A program made the translations under genes and the position numbers. Below, piece after piece: positions 23,699 to 36,190 of a DNA stretch of 41,498 nt. This DNA is from Diploschistes diacapsis (Eukaryota), in contig JALAIB010000047.1 of NCBI GenBank assembly GCA_023645945.1, forward strand, positions 1 to 41,498. The letters run 5' to 3'. Every line of letters starts with the position of its first letter. Position 1 is the first letter of the stretch. Below the pieces are notes generated by a model. That model was not told the origin of the DNA. It was given only the letters and a program-made list of their open reading frames with translations, and did not search any database.

Positions 23699-24500
23699 TA
23701 TTTTTGACTTCCACAAACCAACGCTCTCCAGGCACGTTAAGAACCTTCACAGCGCTTCCAGTTTGTCTGAACAGAGCACGGAATCAAGGAATGAAGTAGA
23801 AGCGAAGGCAAGAACATGCAAGACCGAGATCGAAACGAAGAATGATCCCTGGCAATAAGAGCCCATGGTCTCAGGCTGTATGTTGGGGAGGGGATGGTAA
23901 GACGAGCGTTACTAATATTGGGGGAAACTTGAATATGTAAGTTATGCGTACGTACTCCCCTTCCACTCGTGTCCGGTCGTTAGCGTATCCTGACACCTAA
24001 CACTAACGTCGAGGCAAACAAAGCTGCGTGTGCTAGCTCTATCTCATACGGCTGGCTGCTGGGTGTGCACTTGTGTATCAATATATGCCGATAATATAAG
24101 CCAGAGATTGAAACGAATTGAAAGTTGCATAGAGAGAGAAATAACGTCCCTATTAGATACTGCAATCATGACTCTCGTACAATGAACCATCGCATTCAGC
24201 GTATGAGATTCGGGAGCACTTCACCCTCATATATCATGAATACCAGATATCATTCAAAGGACCTATCGTAGCTGATAAGGAATGCTGGTTTCCTGAAAGC
24301 TAGGAGGAACATTGAGACCAAGTGCACGGCAATCAACCTAGTGTTAGAGGTATAACAATAATCAGACATACAGTTCAAGTCGCGCCTCGCCCTATAAGCA
24401 GTGGTGTTACGGTCAGACGTCCACTCATGTCCCCATCATCTATCTAAAATTTCAAACCTCAATCCCGAGTTCCCGCCCAGGTAGTCCGCTTTGTCTTGCC

Positions 24501-26776
24501 TCATTTCTTCTTGGAGCTGTGCACGGTCGCTATGATCTTGTCGACCGCCGAAGGGTCGGAAAGCTGTCGTCAATTAGTAGTGCTTGCTGCCAACTCCATC
24601 AGATACCAACGCATACCGTAGAAATGTCACCTAAAGAGTCTTCCTCGCCAGCCAAAATCTTTCTGAGTATGCGCCTCATGATCTTACCGGACCGTGTCTT
24701 TGGCAGGTCTTCGACCACGAAGACGGCTTTTGGTGCTGCAAATGGCCCGATCGACTTCCTTACCTGCACGATCAGGTCCTTGCGAACTTGTTCCACTGGC
24801 TCACCACTCTCTTTCAGGGAGACAAATGCGTTAACCGCCTGACCGCTAAGTTCGTCATGGACTCCAACAACAGCTGCTTCGGCAACAGAATCTGGCTTCC
24901 GTTAGTACGGCAAGCTGTCTAGGTCGGACGCACGTACGGTGTTCGATCAAAGCAGCCTCGATCTCGGCCGTCGACAAACGGTGACCAGAGACGTTGACGA
25001 CATCGTCGACACGCCCACGAATCCAGTAGTAACCCTCGTGGTCCCGACCAGCGCCGTCGCCCGTGAACTGTATCTCTGTGAGCGTCATTCAGGTAATGGC
25101 GGCATCAGTCATGCTCACGTAATATCCTTTGTACACATTCAAATACGTATCCATGTATCGTTTGTGGGCCCCCCAGACAGTGCGCGCCATGCTTGGCCAT
25201 GGCTTTTTGATGGCCAGGACCCCTTCCACGTCGTTTCCATGTATCTCTTCCCCAGATACCGGGTCGATAATGGCCGGCTCAATCCCCAAGAACGGCAGAG
25301 ACGCACTTCCAGGCTTCGTGGGCGTCACTCCAGCTAGCGGCGTGATAACATGAGATCCCGTCTCCGTTTGCCAGTATGTCTGCGTCTCCTTCAGCTTCGT
25401 TACCAGACAGAGGGGAGCAGCTCTATTCTACTTACGTCCACTATATGCGCTTCCTTCTTCCCAACAATGTCGTGGTACCATTTCCAGACCTCGGAAGCAA
25501 TCGGCTCTCCGACGGAGCCCAACACGCGCAGTTTTTTCATCGGAGCCTTGCAGTGCTCGTCACCCGCTCGCTTCAGCAGACGCAGTGCTGTCGGCGCCAC
25601 ATAGAATTGCGAGACGGCATGCTTATCGATAATCTCCCAATACCTTGAGAAGCTCGGGTACGCCGGCGTGCCTTCAAAGACTACGCTAGCGACGCCGAGG
25701 AGCAGAGGAGCATAGACAACGTAGGTGTGTCCGGTGATCCAGCCAACGTCTCCGCCACAAAAGAAGATGTCTTCGTCGTGGATGTCGAAAACGTACTTTC
25801 CCGTTGCAGCTGCACCAATTAGATAGCCCGCGGTCGTGTGCATCACCCCTTTAGGCTTCCCGGTTGAACCAGACGTGTATAGCAAGAAAAGAGGGTCCTC
25901 GGAGCTCATGGATTCGGGAGGGTAGTAATTTGGCCATTTCTCGACCTCTTCATGCCACCACCAGTCTCGTCCCTTGCTCCACGGCACATCGGCTCCCGTT
26001 CGTTTGAAGACCAGGCAATGCGTGACGCCGGGGCACTGCTTGAGAGCGTCGTCCACTATCTTTTTTGTGCCAATCAACTTACCTCCTCGCTTACCCTCGT
26101 CGCTCGTGATGACCACCTTGGATTGAGCGTCGATAACGCGGTCACGTAGCGAGTCTGCCGAAAAGCCGGCGAAGATGACCGAATGCACTGCACCAACGCG
26201 CGTGCATGCAAGGAAAGCCACAATGGCCTCCGGGACCATGGGCAGGTAAAGCGCCACGGTGTCACCTTTCTTGACGCCCATCTGCTTGAGAACGAAGGCC
26301 AGCCTCGACACTTCCCTCAGAAGCTCGCCATACGTAATGGTGCGCCCCTCGCCCGGTTCGTCGGCCTCGTAGATGATGGCCGGCTTGTCGGGGTTCTTGA
26401 TCGCGTGGCGATCGACGCAGTTGTACGAGGCATTGAGTCGCCCTTCTAAAAACCAGGCGCTGTCCCCATTCGTAAGAGTTCCGCTATGCACAGTCTGGAA
26501 GTCGCGTTCCCAAGTCAGGAGCTCTCTCGCGGTCCTCCCCCAAAACTTGTCCGGGTCCTCGATACTCTCCCTGTACAGAGCCTTGTACTCATCCAGACTG
26601 GCAAGATGGGTCTTGCTGGGATGCTTGTCGTAGAAAGCCTTTGGAGGATGGTACGTTTCTAGCTCCTGTCAGCTCAGAGCCTCTTACGCCACGTTCATCC
26701 TTAATAACGGACCGGCCTCATGCGCCTCGACGACCACCGCTGCGGGCTTTGGAGGCTCGACCCCGCCTTCTGACAT
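24501..26776 (-). CDS. facA: Acetyl-CoA synthetase, about 671 aa, 6 exons
   Basis: Exons 26776-26713, 26658-25436, 25379-25119, 25067-24938, 24891-24617, 24563-24501. Motifs [60 protein letters not shown]. Confidence 0.96.
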
Positions 26777-26986
26777 AGTTGTGAAAAGGGGCAGAGTCAA
26801 TGCTGCGTTACTCAATCTCCCACCCGCTCCTATGCAGCTGAGGAAAAAATCGCGAGGGATGCGCACACCTGCACCAGGTCGCTAGAGTTACGGGTAGTAT
26901 CCTGTCAGAGTTGTGAAGGAATCAACGGGATGACAGTAGACAGGCGCCGCGGGGTGAGAACTGGGATTGGAGAATAGAGAAATGCA

Positions 26987-27034
26987 GAAATGGAAATGGA
27001 AATGGAATTGGAATTGGAATTGGAATTAGAAATG
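26987..27034. repeat. Compound hexamer repeat (GAAATG/GAATTG), 8 units, in the facA upstream region
   Basis: GAAATG x3, GAATTG x3, GAATTA, GAAATG. Pyrimidine-rich on the facA sense strand, like CT-rich tracts near fungal transcription starts. Confidence 0.8.
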
Positions 27035-27654
27035 AAAACGGATCGAAGTCCCCTTTTATCTATCTATGCGAGCTGCAAGGCCAAACAAGAATGAATGGGA
27101 ATTCTAATGGTGGTGTTAACCTTTGGACCTGCGCTCTAGGGCGAAGGGAAGCTAGGTACAAAGTAACTACTGCTACCTTTTGTACCGCTGTATCCATAGT
27201 CCGAATTGACTTGGTCACTCGGGCCAGATTTCTAGCCTTCCCGGCTCGGGTGAAAGGGGCAACATAGGAGTTGGCCTCTGTAGACCGTATGTACCAGTTA
27301 GATACACTACAGGGTCGCCCATTCTTTGCCTTCGGTCACGGCCACGGTAATACCAGTTGCACTGGAAGGGACGAGGTTGATAGCATCGTGATGCTACAAA
27401 AACTTGAAGGCGCTATAGGGTACCAACTAGGCTATCATGGTAAACATACATCTACAAAGTATCTAGTACACATGTGGTCAACGGGTACTTATATACCCAA
27501 AAAAAACACCCAAAAAAAAAACACTAGAAAATTATGGATGCGCCTGGGAGTTAATCTGGAAAAACAGCTAGACTGGCCACCAACGCGCATACTTGCATTT
27601 GAGATGTACTGTACCTATACATGTAGCCACCGCGATAGCCTTTTGCCAACCTCC

Positions 27655-30600
27655 TCAGGTCCCAGTTTCCGTCTCCACATCTGGAGTTCTCCCTTCCAAG
27701 CCACCTGTTATCCTCTTCTTGACACGTTTTAGAGCGAATTTCGCTTGGTCTTTCGAGAACTGGGCGTTGCGCATTGGCCTCCACTGCATCAGGCCTCTTT
27801 GCTTTCTCTTCTCCGTCTTTTTGTTCGCCCTATCCATGCTCCTCCCACTGCCAGCATCATCAACACCTTGGCCCTGTCCATTCATCTGACCGGCATGGTC
27901 CGTATTCGTAGCGTCCTGGATTCCCAGTTCTTCCGACTCAGAATGAGAATCCGAACTGTAGTCATCCATGTCCTCGTCTTTGAGGTCAGGATCAATGGGG
28001 CCGTGAACAGGCTTGTCAGCCCCTGGCTCTGCCCGTTTGCGGCCTGTCGAGTCCATGTAGGCCTTCGGGTCGTGACCAAAGGCACCGGACCAGTCCTTCC
28101 CATCCTTCGCCAACCACTTTTTCCTTTCTTCGGGATCAGCTTGCTCGAGAATGTCTCGACCTTCGGTAAGACTCTGCTGGTGTGCGCTGTCAATCCTTTC
28201 GGGAACGACGGGTGAGACCTTACGTTGCCTCACCCCTTCGGCAAAACAAGCTTCCCACGTTTCGTGTGTCTCGCGCGAGTCATTATCGGTGACGAAAACT
28301 TCATGCGACTCGTCGGTTCCGGCTACAAACTGGCATCGGAACTGCAGTCGGCCAACCTCCTGTAGATCTTCAAGACCCGGAATGTCCTTCGCTTTGATAT
28401 TTTCTTCGCTAATGTAGTTTTGTGTCAGCCGATGTCCGTTATCCGTTGTCCAGATTGGAATATTGATGTCCGTAGATTCGTTATCCACGAGGTGGTGCAA
28501 CCATATCTGGGAGTAGGCTACCGGCCCTCTCTTATTGCGGACATGAAACTCGAATACCACGGGAGATCTGTAGCGAAACTTAACCGGTAGCTTCATAGCC
28601 TGTTTGTCCTTCGACAGGTCCCAGTAAACACCATCTCCCTCGTCGAGCTGATTGCACAGAGTCTGCGAAATCTTTCCTGTGCTCCCGCCCGTCCGAAGCT
28701 TGAGCTTCACCTGTGTGTTGTAACCGGTCGCCAAAATCCTCTTTGAAAGGAACTCGAAAGTACCCACGTCCCAGCCCAGCATGTTTGGGGGCAGCCTCGT
28801 CTCAACACTACGGAACAAAAGCGATATCCTGACACGACCAAAACCAACACCTCCATCGAGAGGGTACCAGCGGGTCACCTGAGAGCTTGTTTGAAGAATG
28901 TCGGTCAGGCGCAACGGTACAACACCCAAGATTGGATCATGTTGCCGATACCGTTGATCCCTGACGGTGACCGTCACAATGGCATTGCGCCAGTCCCGTA
29001 CAAAGCGTTCTGTGCCAGCATTAAATATTGGCTTGCTACTGACGGCTTTTGCTCTGGTGCGGTATACCAGCTGGTCGTTGTAGTGGATCAAACAGTAACT
29101 CGTAGGAAGATTTTTGTTCTCTTCTTCGGTATTTTCGCCCGCAGGTTTGGCCGGCTCGTATTCCCTACCCTTCCGTTTACCTTGGCTGCCTTTGATGTTT
29201 TCCAATTCCAAGTTTACGATCTGATGAACAATAACGCTGCAAATGCCACTCGGCCACAGAGGATCCGGTGGGGTATGGGCAACAGCATCATCCATTTCGG
29301 TGATAAGAGCCCCCTTGTCGTCTTGCAGTTCCTTCTTATCCGCCAATGCCTTTGGCAGGTTTCTGTCCCGCCCGTCGGAACGAAGGGCGGGCCTGAAACG
29401 TGGCTTTCCGAAGTAGCCAACCTCCCAGTGTAGCTCACCAGGCATTTCACTATCGGCACCCATACCGGTTAGTTTCGACACCTGCGGGTACATTTTCCCA
29501 GGATGCTGGATGAGCTTCTGGATAGACAGCTCCACTTTCCCAACAATATCGTCGGCCGTGTTACGATCAGAATCCCAAAGCTCAACGCTGAGTTGCTCGT
29601 CGGCTTTGATAACCTCGGGAGTGACAAGGATGGCGCAAGTTTCCTCAAATAGCGGGTTAAGATCATCGGTAATGACCCTCGTGCAGTACATGGGCTTTTG
29701 ATATTTTGAAAAGGATATAGTAATGTAGGGATCACTCCCGCCACCCTTGCTCCCACGTCTATCTTGCTTGCTGAGGCCGACGGCACGGTGGATACAAATC
29801 CACATAACACCAAGAGCATGAACGTCTTTCTCAATATCGTCTCCTTGCAACATTGCAGCTAGGTCGAGAGACATCGATTTGGGTGCGACATACATGCTGG
29901 CTGCAGCACCGATGGCGTAGTTCACGAAATTTGTAATCAACGGCAAGTTCAGGCTGTGGCAAAGCATTAGTCAAGGGCTACGCAAGGCACATGTAATGAG
30001 CTAAAGCTGCAGTTCTTTGAGTCATAGCTAGGACAACTCACATGTTCGGGCCACGCTTGTAGGCCGGTTAGCATACTCAAAACTGAAAGGGCCGAGAACG
30101 TCCTTACCTGAATCATGGGTACACAACCAGCAGCAACTTTGGGAACCCCCATCAGGGTGAATGTAAGGTTCTTAGCAAATGGCGGTTCGGGCGTCATTTG
30201 TAGCCGTATTCTGATAGTACCAACCAACTCTTGTAACTCAACAAAGATCGGCAAGGGAACACCAAAAAGGCCCTTCATTCCAAGGTAAAATACAAGCTGC
30301 ATATGCATGTTTCGTGCCTTCGACGACGTATTGCCCTGCGAGGTTGGCTTCGCGTGGTAGGCAAAAGAGCATTCAAGGTTGTAGTAATCGCCACCCTCTT
30401 CATCAGCGGCGGCCTCTTGTGGATCCTTCGTCTTCTTGTTCTCCTCATGTATACTCTGTTTTAGTTCCTTGACGTGGGAATCTGGAAGGGCACGCAGGCT
30501 GAGGATTCGGAAGGGATTGTTCCCTTGGTTGATTTCCGCAACCCGTACGTTTTCGATAACTCCTGGCACCGAGGCTTGCATGACATCTTCAAGTGTGTCT

Positions 30601-31717
30601 GCTACCGATGCAAACATCTCTGGGTTTATCAGGCCCCTTCAACTGTCAATAAGACGTCTTATGCATGGCTTCGAGCTTACCAAACTATCTCAAGGAAATG
30701 ATTCATCCATTCGACAGATTCCGGAAGCAGATTGGCTACTGCGGTCTGGCCTCGGCTCTGCTCGCTCGACCACTCGACCTCTCTCCCACTGCGGACCAAT
30801 TCTTTCATCCACAGCCAGAACCCGGATGCTATGCAAGCACCGAGAGGAATCAGGCCTTTCAGAGAACCTCCGAATAGCTTTCCAAGAACGATGATGGCTA
30901 CGAAGGCCGCCCCACATACTGCGCCAGCTCTCTTTTCCAACGATGCAAACATTGGCTCATAGCTGACCGATGGCGTCGGGTGAAAGAGGATATTCGTTTT
31001 CTCCCCTTGTATTGGAACATCAGAGGTGCTCCCTTCGGCAACAGGGTCTGGAGGGGCTGTGATATCCTGCTTCTCTTTATATTCAGGGTTTTCTTGAGAT
31101 GCGTCGGTCTTGACGGGCTAGAGCAGAATTTAGCTTTTAGCGCGTGAGCTCCAAACGCACCCACTTACTGTCGGCTTATTGAGGTTGGCATTGGGCACAG
31201 AGAGCTACGATAGGATGAGTGATGCAAGCCCCAAGACTACTGTAAGAGTGTACCTTCGGATCTCTAGCATTGCGCACAAAATCTTTATCGACAGAGGCGA
31301 TCTGGTTTATCGAATAAGTTTGGAAAATGTGAGGTATAGAGAGGAAAGCTACCTCGACCGTGTGACCCGTCACCGGATCTGTGACAGCCTTCGCCCCTTT
31401 GACAGTGGACGTTGCGGAGTGAGGGACGACATCTCCCCTAGCATCACCCTGAGGAGCCTTACGCTGCCTTAGTTCCTGGTCGATTCTGGCATCTCGATCT
31501 GATACTGTCAGACAGTCTTGTGGTGAACCAGCGAGGCCAGTGTACGTACCTTTTTTATCCCTGTCCAGGCTTTGTATGAATTTGCTGACAGTGGGGATCT
31601 TGTTCTGTCCTAATTTGCTTCCCCTTAGTCATAGAAAGCTAAGGGACAAGGATGTAGCAGCCTACCGCTGTAATGACCGCTTGGAGCATGCTGTTGCTGC
31701 GGCTCACGGTTATCCAT
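27655..31717 (-). CDS. C2-domain/SMP-type membrane contact-site protein, Mug190/tricalbin-like, about 1206 aa, 9 exons
   Basis: Exons 31717-31666, 31609-31550, 31498-31353, 31301-31254, 31204-31169, 31117-30681, 30636-30108, 30055-30042, 29953-27655 (3621 nt, in frame). TM hairpin followed by PESVEWMN (SMP start). C2 motifs SDPYITISF, LNPLFEE, VELWDSDRNTADDIVGKVE. Second C2 domain with TVRDQR..HDPILG. Confidence 0.85.
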
Positions 31718-32069
31718 GTTGATGGAAGTGCAGAAGAGTACCCAGGGATCAATGAACGACAATTCGCCGGAGTAGATTTGAAGAATGCGGAGGTAAATAG
31801 AGAAAGGGAATAGGAGATGAAAGATAAAGGAAAGTAGGTGACAATGATCTCGAATGAATATGGATAATGAATATGAAATTCAAGTTCCCAACGTGCTAAC
31901 CCGCCAGGGCGGGCTATGACGTATGTGGATGGGTTGAGCAGGTACCAGATTAGGCAGTGATTTACAGGCTTGTGGCCCGAGCTAGAAGCTTAAAACTCGC
32001 TTAAAACTATCTAGCGCATCTACAACGAAGCACATGGGAGGTGCTCTATTACGGGTGGCTGTTAAAGGC

Positions 32070-33036
32070 TCAAAGGAAATCCCCGTTGTACCAAGCCGCC
32101 GCCCCTAGCAACCAAACGACAACCATGGCATCCTCGACCACAGTTGTCCAGATTCCACTATACCTCCCAGCTAGTAAAAGCCTTTCCTTCCACGGCGGAG
32201 GGAGAAATCCGGCCAAAGTACCGATCGTTCCCCCATATTCTTGAACTCCCCCAAGAAGGTACCTCGCTGCCTGAAGACCTAGCTCTGCAGTCACGAAAGC
32301 CCAGAAGACACTCCCATCCAAGGTTGGATAGATGGATGTCACGCGTAGCCGAGACGCTAAAGAGCCGGTGAAAGAGTATGAGACGAGAATGTAGGCGCCA
32401 AGAGCAAGAGCGAATATTGCATGCAGGATCTTCCAGACATATGCATTTGTAGAAGTCGGTCTTCCAGCTTGCGTTCCGCCCGCTGCGCCTCCTCCAAGCA
32501 GAGTCGCTAAATTCGGAGGCAATGTGTCAGGTTCTGAGGCAGGGTTGGCGCCTGAAGGCGGCATGCCCATTATCTGTTGAATCAGGCGCACCATCGGTTC
32601 TTCGCCAGCCTGACCCTCGTCCTGGTCGGATAAGGCACCAGAGCTAGACTGGGTGTTGTGAACTGGCTCTGCACTCCGAAGCAATCTTCGTCTATCGGCC
32701 CCGACCTCGGTTTGGGTAGTAGAGTCGGGGCTCTTACCAGCCCCAACAGTCTGCGATGGGGGTTGCGAGACCTGCGTTCCGGCTTGAGTGGCCTCGGATG
32801 GGTCCAGGGCGCTAGATATTTCATCACCTGGTGGAGACGTATGGAGATCTATTTCAGGTGAGAAAACATGCGTGTAGATCCGCAGGCGAAGACTTACTCG
32901 GGTCGATCGGTCGACCTGACAGCGAAGTAATCTTATCGAGCCTTGAAGCGCCGCCTTCCAGGACCTTTTTCTCGCGCTTTTCACGCCGTAAACGTGCCTG
33001 TTTTTGAACTGGATTCTCTTGTTGTGAGGAGTCCAT
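32070..33036 (-). CDS. GET2: GET/EMC-type insertase receptor subunit Get2-like protein, about 305 aa, 2 exons
   Basis: Exons 33036-32898, 32848-32070. N-terminal basic helix QARLRREKREKKVLEGGASRLDKIT, long disordered linker, three C-terminal hydrophobic segments. This is the Get2/CAML architecture. Confidence 0.7.
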
Positions 33037-33552
33037 GATGATCCTTCCCCGTCTTTCCGTTATATGGTTGAGGAACCAGCTTCTTGTTACCGAGCCCCTC
33101 TTAGTTCACATAGGGTATCCAATCGAGATCCGAGACTTGTCAGTTTCGGGAGTCCGAGCGACACGAATTCTCCTTCTGTATGCGCTAATGGGTTGTCTGG
33201 ATGGAAGCGACAGCTAGTACGTTGGTTATGTGGGACGGAGGGCCGGAGGACGCAGGGAGACGCACTGAACATAGATTTACGTCAAGGGTGTTGCAGCCAA
33301 TACCTTCAACCGTTCCTTCTACTTTTCCATCATTGTACCTTTTAAACCACACTTGAAAGGCATGTAAACACAACTTTACCATGAAGCGAGCACGTGTGCC
33401 TTTTGGAAATGTTCCGAGATGATTTGTCTGACGATATTCCTTATACTCCAGTGAATTCGTTCATGCGCCGTGTACCAAATAATGCACTTAACTGGAAGTG
33501 CCGAAATACAGCGCACTGTACTTTGTAAGGCGGCAGAAAACTGTAGCTAATT

Positions 33553-34380
33553 TTACAATATCTTACTCGATAAGGAGGCTCTGTGACCCGCTGTCGTCTC
33601 GTCCCTCACAGCTATGTGACTCGTTGAGATCCCAATATCCAGGCCCGACTTCCTGGGCCAAGCAGCGCTCCGCTTCCTAGCAGTTTTCCCTGTCAAATTG
33701 GAGTGGGCGGAATCGGCTTTGATTCCCATTTCCCTCCACTTCTTGGGGGGCTTAATGCCCTTGGTTACTTTATCACTCCAAATGCGCTCTCCTCTCCGGA
33801 CCCAGCGACGCTGTCTGTCGGCTTGTTCGTCCTCCGTTGGCCTCCATTTACTCTTCAAGATGCGACGAACCGCTTCTGCGGACACCTTGAACTGTTCAGC
33901 TAGCGTTTCTGTAGAGTATCTTCCCGGGTCTTGCGCATGCAAAGCCCGAACACCTTCCATAGCATCAGGAGAGAGTCGTTTTGGGGGCTCCCAACTCTGA
34001 CCACCAAATTTTTTATCTAGTGCTTTTTTCTGGACCATCCAGTCTTCTTCCCGCGAAAGGCGTGCGTCTGTGGAAGTAAAGCGCACGGAGTACCGTTGGC
34101 CACTGCAATCCAAAGACGCTTTAGGCTCGCTTAAAAGGATCCTCGGCCGTTGCTGTGGACTATGAAGCCATTCAAGTATGCTGAGCTTGGTCGAACTGGT
34201 GCTGAATAGGCGCCTTGAGAGACTCTTCCTGAAGGGAGAGATCTCACAGCAATTTGTGGCAGAAGCAAATGTCAGAGTGCAGCCTAGTTGCGTTGAAAAA
34301 GGTCGAGCTTGGCGGCAGACTGCTTGTTGCTCTTTCAAGCGCTTGAACAGAGTACAGAGATGGAGGTGTTTTCTAGCCAT
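33553..34380 (-). CDS. RRG9: Required for respiratory growth protein 9 (neugrin domain), mitochondrial
   Basis: WMVQKKALDKKFGGQSWEPPKRLSPDAMEGVRALH...LAEQFKVSAEAVRRILKSKWRP...RW.RRGERIW...GIKPPKKW. The start could instead be the in-frame ATG at 34452. Confidence 0.85.
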   Translation of the reverse strand: MARKHLHLCTLFKRLKEQQAVCRQARPFSTQLGCTLTFASATNCCEISPFRKSLSRRLFSTSSTKLSILEWLHSPQQRPRILLSEPKASLDCSGQRYSVRFTSTDARLSREEDWMVQKKALDKKFGGQSWEPPKRLSPDAMEGVRALHAQDPGRYSTETLAEQFKVSAEAVRRILKSKWRPTEDEQADRQRRWVRRGERIWSDKVTKGIKPPKKWREMGIKADSAHSNLTGKTARKRSAAWPRKSGLDIGISTSHIAVRDETTAGHRASLSSKIL

Positions 34381-34932
34381 CAAAACTCTGCTAGATCTGG
34401 CAACTTCCAAGGGTAACCATGAGCTCGAACAAGCGCGTTGGTAAAAGCTCATGGTAAGTGGTTGGGGTCAGATGCAGCTCTTGATGCCGCGACTGGCCGT
34501 AAACAGAATTGATGATCTAGCAAGAGTGAACTCATCCATCGCTAGGACCTGGAACCATGTCATCAGCTTGTCTGAATGCGAGAGCTAAGAAAACCAAGCG
34601 CTTATAGATTTACAAGAACGTTATGGTTCCTGACAAAATAATTGCTGCCATTGCATTTCGAACATTGATTATAGGATATATTGCAACCTCGAGTGCTATG
34701 TCCACACCATGGATATACACTACGTCTGTATAATAATGGTCGAGTGGTAATAACACCTGTGCCGGTCCGGCCCGGACTGCTGACTGATACAACCACACTC
34801 GAGTCGCTCACTATCTCTATACCTTCGTACCGTTCAAATCATACTATCGAGCGTGCTTTGCATCGTCCTGTAAAAGCGATTCTACTGCACTACGCTCTCC
34901 ATCACGCGTCTTGCCAATATATGACCCTAAAG

Positions 34933-35807
34933 ATGCTTGCGCGGCAGCTTGTGTCCGGCGTCGCGAGGCCTGCTCAGGTGCAAAAGCGTAATGCCGTTGC
35001 CCAGTCTGTTCGCTTATACGCTCAAGCCTCAATTGCTGACACTAAACCGCCAATCCCTCTCTATGGCATTGATGGAACGTATGCCAGTGCATTGGTATGG
35101 TTTCTGGGGATCAGCATCCCAATTTAGCTGCAAAGCCTTTTTCCGTGCCTCGTCAGTCACTAACATGATCGAAGTACACTGCCGCTGCAAAGACGTCCGC
35201 TCTCGACAGCACTTCAAGAGCCCTTGCCTCCTTGTCGGATGTCTTAAAAAAGGACGTAAAGCTACCGATCATTCTCTCAGCGCCATCCCTCAGCCCCGAA
35301 GACAAATCTCAGATCATCCAAGAGCTCCAAAAGCACACCGGAGGAGCGGACAAAGGGGATACTATCAAGAATTTCCTGCAAACTCTGGCAGACAACAACC
35401 GCCTAGGAATCCTGGAAGGCGTGTGTGGAAAATTCGCAGAGCTGGTCGGCGCCGCCAAAGGAGAAGTTGAAATGGTTGTGACTAGCGCTGCGGTATGTCA
35501 CCTATTTTCTGCCCGCAGGTGCTTTGGCAGGCCCGTCTAATTCGAGGTTGAGCAGAAGCTGGATCCGAAGACTCTCCAGCGACTCGAAACAGCTGTGGCG
35601 AAATCAGAGTATAGCCAAGGGAAGAAGCTAAAAGTTGTGCCCAAGGTGATGCTTCCAGATATGTATTGGTAACAACGGCTGATCTTGACCAAGGTGAACC
35701 CAGACATCATGGGAGGTTTGGTAGTCGAAATTGCGGACCGGACAATTGATCTGAGCGTTTCATCGAAGGTGTCCAGAATGAACAAGCTTTTGACCGATGC
35801 CCTGTGA
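34933..35807 (+). CDS. ATP5: Mitochondrial ATP synthase subunit 5 (OSCP), about 227 aa, 4 exons
   Basis: Exons 34933-35094, 35175-35492, 35556-35645, 35694-35807. Presequence, then PPIPLYGIDGTYASALYTAA, NFLQTLADNNRL, VNPDIMGGLVVEIADRTIDLSVSSK. An in-frame ATG also lies at 34921. Confidence 0.95.
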
Positions 35808-36190
35808 GGATTCCCCACGGGGCTTTATTGCTTCCTCTGATGTTCTCGCCTTGGGAAGTGGGAAGTTGTGCATATTAGTGTAAAATACAAGAACGGATCG
35901 GTTCGGCTAATTTGGGCCTCCGCTGGATTCTACACCATGATTGTGAAGATCCTTATGAAACATTGAGCACAAATTCACGCTTCGCCTGAGATTCATGGTT
36001 GAGCCTTTTGTAAGAGTGGCGCACTGTCACAGGGACGCAAAATTCTTTGTTTTCATTCTATCTCTCAGTACGGTCTATACGAGCCTGAAGTCGATTGTAT
36101 CCACCTTGCCCTGCTCGCTGCTATGACATGGAGCCCTTATGGCTAGAAACACGATAGAGAACGGAAACGAGCAGCAGTTCGGACGACCAT

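Noticed and set aside
26659..26716. GC donor with GAG acceptor for facA intron 1
   Set aside because: A canonical GTCCGT...TAG intron (26712-26659) gives an equally long in-frame product.
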